64,000 nt of DNA, from the NCBI GenBank assembly GCA_963718615.1, contig OY970368.1:1696001-1760000 (forward strand), read 5' to 3'. Every line of letters starts with the position of its first letter. Position 1 is the stretch's first letter. Origin of the DNA: an uncultured cyanobacterium. GTDB taxonomy: Bacteria > Cyanobacteriota > Cyanobacteriia > PCC-9006 > JAAUQQ01. Shown in pieces: positions 59,483-64,000 of this stretch. A program made the translations under genes and the position numbers. Below the pieces are notes generated by a model, which worked only from the letters and a program-made list of their open reading frames with translations, made no database searches and had not been told where the DNA came from.

Positions 59483-60457
59483 ATGACTATCTACTTCAAG
59501 GAAAAATATATTAATCTCCTCACCGATTTTGGCTTTAAGCGCATTTTTGGGACAGAGCCGAATAAGCGATTGTTGATTGATTTTCTGAATACGTTGCTGC
59601 CTCAGCATCGGCAGATTTCAGATGTGACCTTTAAAAACAACGAAAATATTGGCAGCACCTCTCTCGATCGGAAAGCAATTTTTGATATTTATTGTCAGGG
59701 AGAGAATGGTGAACGTTTTATCGTTGAGATTCAAAAGGCAAAACAAAATTTTTTCAAAGATAGAAGTGTTTTCTATGCGACCTTTCCCATTCAAGAGCAG
59801 GCAATCAAAGGGGAATGGAGTTTTGAACTTGCCCCTGTCTATGCTGTCGGCATCTTAGATTTCGTCTTTGCTGACCATCGGGATTCAGAAACGCTGCTCC
59901 ATACGGTAGAACTGAAGGACCAGCATTGTGATGTTTTTTATGACAAGTTAAAATTCATTTATATTGAATTGCCTAAATTTACAAAAACCCTGGAGCAACT
60001 AGATTCCCATGGAGACAAGTGGTTATTTCTGCTGAAGAATTTAGCGGCGTTGAGCGATCGCCCTCAATCCTTACAAGAAGATATTTTCAACGAACTCTTT
60101 GATGTGGCTGAGATCGCCAATTTTTCACCCCTTGAACAGAGTAGCTATCAAAATAGCCTCAAATATTATCGAGATCTCAACAATGTTGTGGATACGTCTC
60201 GGCAAGAAGGCAGAGAGGAAGGCAGAAAAGAGGGCAGAGAAGAAGGATTAGAGGTTGGCCTAGCCCAAGGGCGGCAGGAGGGAGCGCGATCGCTTCTGCT
60301 TCGTCTCATCTCCTTAAAACTGGGAGAGATCCCTGAGGAAACCGAGGTTGCGTTGGATCAACTGCCTGCGGATATCTGTGAGAAGCTGGGTGAAGCGCTG
60401 TTGCGCTTTTCAACCCTGGATGATTTACACCAGTGGTTGGAAGACCAGGGGGTCTAA
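59483..60457 (+). CDS. Rpn/YhgA-like PD-(D/E)xK nuclease with a DUF4351-like tail
   Basis: TDFGFKRIFG, FDIYC...FIVEIQK, YIELPKF, EGREEG repeats and EKLGEALLRFS...LHQWL. Confidence 0.88.
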   Translation: MTIYFKEKYINLLTDFGFKRIFGTEPNKRLLIDFLNTLLPQHRQISDVTFKNNENIGSTSLDRKAIFDIYCQGENGERFIVEIQKAKQNFFKDRSVFYATFPIQEQAIKGEWSFELAPVYAVGILDFVFADHRDSETLLHTVELKDQHCDVFYDKLKFIYIELPKFTKTLEQLDSHGDKWLFLLKNLAALSDRPQSLQEDIFNELFDVAEIANFSPLEQSSYQNSLKYYRDLNNVVDTSRQEGREEGRKEGREEGLEVGLAQGRQEGARSLLLRLISLKLGEIPEETEVALDQLPADICEKLGEALLRFSTLDDLHQWLEDQGV

Positions 60458-60672
60458 AAAACCAGGAGATCTAACCAGGAGATCTAAAAGCTAGTGAGTC
60501 TTGCTGGATAAATGACCTTGCTGGATAAATGACTATGTTCACTGAGGGACAGCCCAAAAACCCGTAACTCCACCTTCGACGGTTTTTGAAAACGATCGCT
60601 ACCCTAGATGAAGAGGCTCCGTAGATTGAAGCAATCTCTGCCTCCGCTAGACACTCACCTTGGGGATGGACC

Positions 60673-62031
60673 ATGGCGATCGAGCCCAAAGTCATGCAGG
60701 CGATCGAAACCCTGCAATACCGTGCCACCGTTGGGGATGTTGCCGCCCAAGCAGGGCTCCGGATTCCTGTGGCTGAGCAGGGGCTTTTGGCCCTCGCCAG
60801 TGAGGTGGGAGGGCATTTGCAGGTGGCGGATAGTGGCGAAATTGCCTATACCTTTCCGCAGAATTTTCGCAGTATTCTCTTCGGCAAATATTGGCGACTG
60901 CGATTGAATGCATGGCTTGGCAAAGCCTGGAAGATTTTGTTTTATTTGATTCGCATTTCCTTTGGCCTCATTTTGATTTTGTCCATTGGGATTTTGGCGA
61001 TCGCCCTAGTCATTGCTGCCTTCGCAGCCCTCTCCGCCACGAATCGCGATGATAACGATAGCCCCATTCGTGTGGATGGATTGTTTGAAGGAATTTTTGA
61101 CCTCCTAGGCGGTGCGATGCGGCTGTTATTCTACGCGGACTGGTTGGGTTGGGGGGGCTACAGCCCCGGCTATCGGACCTCCCCCCAACGTTTTCCTCGC
61201 CGTAGTTCTCCCTCGCGTCAGCAACCCAAATCCAACCTCAACTTTTTGGAAGCGGTCTTCTCGTTCTTATTTGGCGATGGCAATCCTAACGTCGAATTAG
61301 AAAACCATCGCTGGCAGGCGATCGCCCAGGTCATTCGTAAGCATCAGGGGGCGATCGCAGCGGAACAGGTTCAGCCCTTTTTAGATCAAACGGCGGTGGC
61401 AGCGGATGATGCCATTCTGCCGGTGCTCGTTCAGTTTCAGGGACAACCGCTAGTCAGTCCGACCGGAGCCTTGGTCTACAAATTCCCCGACCTGCAAGTG
61501 ACGGCCCAAGCGGGCAATTCAACCCCGGCCCTCGAAGGCCAAAGCGATGCTTCTTCTGCTTTTCTCAAAGAACGTCCTTGGCGGTTTAGCCAAGCCACCT
61601 CCGGGCAACTGTGGGCAGCGGGAATGTTGGGGGCAGTGAATGCAGGTCTGGCGGTGATCGTAGGCTTGATGTTGTCGGATTTTGCCACCTCTGGGATCGG
61701 GTTTTTGGGATTTGTGGCGCAGATTTATCCCCTGCTCTTGATCTATGGCGTGGGCTTTTTGCTGATTCCGTTGATTCGCTGGCAGGTGGTGAAGTGGCGC
61801 GATCGCGGTGTCCAGCAGCGAAATGAACAACGTCGAGCGATCGCCCAACAGCTCAAATCTCCCAGCCCTGAGCTCCGCGAGAAACTGACCTATGCCCAAA
61901 CCTTTGGAATGCGGCAGCAACTCAATCCGGAGGATGCAGTTTATACCACCGAAACAGATTTGATTGAGCAGGAGGTCAATCAACCGGATCGACTGGATGA
62001 AGAATGGGAGCGGCGGCTGCAGTCCGGTTGA
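60673..62031 (+). CDS. Conserved uncharacterised membrane protein
   Basis: TVGDVAAQAG...GHLQV..GEIAY.FP, NFLEAVFSFLFGDGNPN and several TMs. Confidence 0.75.
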   Translation: MAIEPKVMQAIETLQYRATVGDVAAQAGLRIPVAEQGLLALASEVGGHLQVADSGEIAYTFPQNFRSILFGKYWRLRLNAWLGKAWKILFYLIRISFGLILILSIGILAIALVIAAFAALSATNRDDNDSPIRVDGLFEGIFDLLGGAMRLLFYADWLGWGGYSPGYRTSPQRFPRRSSPSRQQPKSNLNFLEAVFSFLFGDGNPNVELENHRWQAIAQVIRKHQGAIAAEQVQPFLDQTAVAADDAILPVLVQFQGQPLVSPTGALVYKFPDLQVTAQAGNSTPALEGQSDASSAFLKERPWRFSQATSGQLWAAGMLGAVNAGLAVIVGLMLSDFATSGIGFLGFVAQIYPLLLIYGVGFLLIPLIRWQVVKWRDRGVQQRNEQRRAIAQQLKSPSPELREKLTYAQTFGMRQQLNPEDAVYTTETDLIEQEVNQPDRLDEEWERRLQSG

Positions 62032-62159
62032 AGTTGTCGCTAGGTTAAGACGGTCGCCGGTTGAGCCAGAAAAATTTGGACAAAGGGCTCCGATCGCTCT
62101 ATGGTTAGGTTTTGAACCTCTTTTGCGATTCAATTCTTAATAATATCTGGAGACCTTCC

Positions 62160-62510
62160 ATGGGCTGGACTAAAGTCCTTTCTGAATCCGATCTTCCCCA
62201 GGGCGCGCGGCAAGTCGTCACGGTAGACGGCCAAAAGATCCTGCTGCTCAACCATGGGGCCAAGATCCACGCCGTTGCCAATCGCTGCCCCCACATGAAT
62301 CTGCCGATGAAAAAAGGCAAGATTACCGAGGATGGGGCGATCGTCTGTCCGTTCCATCGCAGTGCCTTCGATCTCTGCTCTGGCGAAGCCAAGGAATGGA
62401 CCCCCTTTCCCCCCGTCGTCGGTCAACTGATGGGCAAAATCAAAGCGGCCAATCCCCTGCCGGTCTTTCCCACGCGCACTGAAGACGGCAGCATCTGGGT
62501 TGAGGTCTAG
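62160..62510 (+). CDS. Rieske [2Fe-2S] ferredoxin
   Basis: CPH...CPFH motifs. Confidence 0.9.
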   Translation: MGWTKVLSESDLPQGARQVVTVDGQKILLLNHGAKIHAVANRCPHMNLPMKKGKITEDGAIVCPFHRSAFDLCSGEAKEWTPFPPVVGQLMGKIKAANPLPVFPTRTEDGSIWVEV

Positions 62511-62591
62511 CCCCAAGCGCTAGAACCGACGGAGCGATGTGGCAAAATTAGAGATCGTTACAAATCCAGTGTTTATTCCCCTTTAACATCC

Positions 62592-63686
62592 GTGAGTGCA
62601 ACTGTTACCCGTCGCGCCGTCTTTCCGTTTACTGCTGTCATCGGTCAGGACGAAATGAAACTGGCCCTGATGCTCAACGTCATTGACCCCAAAATCGGCG
62701 GGGTGATGATCATGGGCGATCGCGGCACCGGCAAATCCACCACCATCCGCGCCTTGGCAGATCTCCTGCCCGACATTGAAGTCGTCGCTGATGACCCTTT
62801 CAATAGCCATCCCTCCGATCCGGACATGATGAGCGATGAAGTGCGTCAGCGTCAGGCCAATGGGGAGACACTGCCGACCACGAAAGCCAAGGTGATGATG
62901 GTCGATCTTCCCCTGGGAGCCACGGAAGATCGCGTCTGTGGCACCATCGACATCGAAAAAGCCCTCTCGGAAGGGGTCAAAGCCTTTGAGCCGGGGCTAT
63001 TGGCCAAAGCCAATCGCGGCATTCTCTACGTGGATGAAGTCAACCTCTTGGATGACCACCTCGTGGATGTATTGCTCGATTCTGCGGCTTCGGGCTGGAA
63101 TACCGTGGAGCGGGAAGGGATTTCGATTCGTCACCCGGCTCGGTTTGTGCTAGTGGGATCCGGTAACCCGGAAGAAGGGGAACTGCGGCCTCAATTGCTC
63201 GATCGCTTTGGCATGAGTGTAGAAGTGCGCACGGTCAAGGATCCGGAGCAGCGGGTTGAGGTGGTCGAACAGCGTTCTGCGTTTGATGCCAATCCCCAGG
63301 ACTTCATGGTTCAGCACCAAGCGGAGCAGGATGCACTCCAGCAGAAGCTCGTGGCGGCGCAGGAGTTGCTGCCCAGGGTCCAGCTAGATTACGACACGCG
63401 GGTCCAAATCTCTCAGGTTTGTTCGGAGCTCGATATCGATGGTTTACGGGGAGACCTGGTGACGAACCGGGCGGTCAAGGCTCTGGCGGCGTTCGAAGGT
63501 CGCACTGAAGCCACCGTTGAAGATCTGCAACGGGTGATTACCTTGTGTTTGCGTCATCGTTTACGCAAGGATCCGCTGGAGTCCGTGGATTCAGGCTTTA
63601 AGGTGATGAAAAACTTCTGTCGGATTTTTGGTCTCCCCGAGCCCGACGAAACGAAAACCATGGCTACGGCCAACGGTCGCCGTTAG
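62592..63686 (+). CDS. chlI: Magnesium chelatase subunit I
   Basis: [37 protein letters not shown] and [10 protein letters not shown]. Confidence 0.97.
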   Translation: MSATVTRRAVFPFTAVIGQDEMKLALMLNVIDPKIGGVMIMGDRGTGKSTTIRALADLLPDIEVVADDPFNSHPSDPDMMSDEVRQRQANGETLPTTKAKVMMVDLPLGATEDRVCGTIDIEKALSEGVKAFEPGLLAKANRGILYVDEVNLLDDHLVDVLLDSAASGWNTVEREGISIRHPARFVLVGSGNPEEGELRPQLLDRFGMSVEVRTVKDPEQRVEVVEQRSAFDANPQDFMVQHQAEQDALQQKLVAAQELLPRVQLDYDTRVQISQVCSELDIDGLRGDLVTNRAVKALAAFEGRTEATVEDLQRVITLCLRHRLRKDPLESVDSGFKVMKNFCRIFGLPEPDETKTMATANGRR

Positions 63687-63726
63687 TGGGTGGGTGAGGA
63701 ATTTTGTTTAGAGGTTTGCTGAGAGA

Positions 63727-64000
63727 CTAGGCAACCGCCTCTGGGGCGGGTTTGAGCATGGCTTCAAACCCGCCTTTTTCGAGGATTCGTTCGGCTTCCT
63801 GGTGGGTTAAGGGGCTGGAGAAGAAATAGCCCTGAATGTACTCGCAGCCGGTTTTTTGGATGCGAATGAGTTGTTCGCGGGTTTCGACGCCTTCGGCGAT
63901 CGCCCCAATCCCCAAATCCCGCGTCAAACTAACAATCGTCTTAATAATTTCCCAGTTGCCTTCCTGGTTATTCCCTGGCACCACAAACGAACGGTCAATC
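63727..64000 (-). CDS. C-terminus of an EAL-domain protein (partial)
   Basis: IDRSFV...IAEGVET...IQGYFFS. Confidence 0.85.
   Translation of the reverse strand, partial: IDRSFVVPGNNQEGNWEIIKTIVSLTRDLGIGAIAEGVETREQLIRIQKTGCEYIQGYFFSSPLTHQEAERILEKGGFEAMLKPAPEAVA

Overview
Cyanobacterial chromosome segment, judged from abundant HIP1 GCGATCGC sites and the por and chlI genes. Housekeeping genes (por, dnaG, proS, zur, chlI) surround two accessory, HIP1-poor regions built around caspase-like CHAT proteases and two-partner-secretion (TPS, haemagglutinin-type) proteins. Region 1 (3.4-25.8 kb) has a pseudo-kinase / NarL regulator / CHASE2 kinase / DUF928 operon converging on a TPR-CHAT / TpsA operon. 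Between them lie secreted cell-wall-hydrolase-like cargo genes and a PilB/GspE ATPase gene interrupted by an IS1380 element; two of the cargo genes share a promoter architecture. Region 2 (30.3-38 kb) has an alpha/beta-hydrolase, a TPR-like ORF, a DUF928-like exported protein and a TPS-CHAT fusion. The hydrolase and the TPR-like ORF are joined by what looks like a programmed -1 frameshift signal (in-phase A_AAA_AAC, 6-nt spacer, perfect 13-bp hairpin). Other points: a duplicated mscS 3' end flanking an HsdR_N-like gene, a decayed HNH cassette, a sigma-70-like/DUF1822 pair, a dddC/dddB-like mmsA plus Fe-ADH operon and a small MITE-like repeat. No rRNA, tRNA or CRISPR array was seen. All family calls come from motif recognition by eye; no database searches were run.
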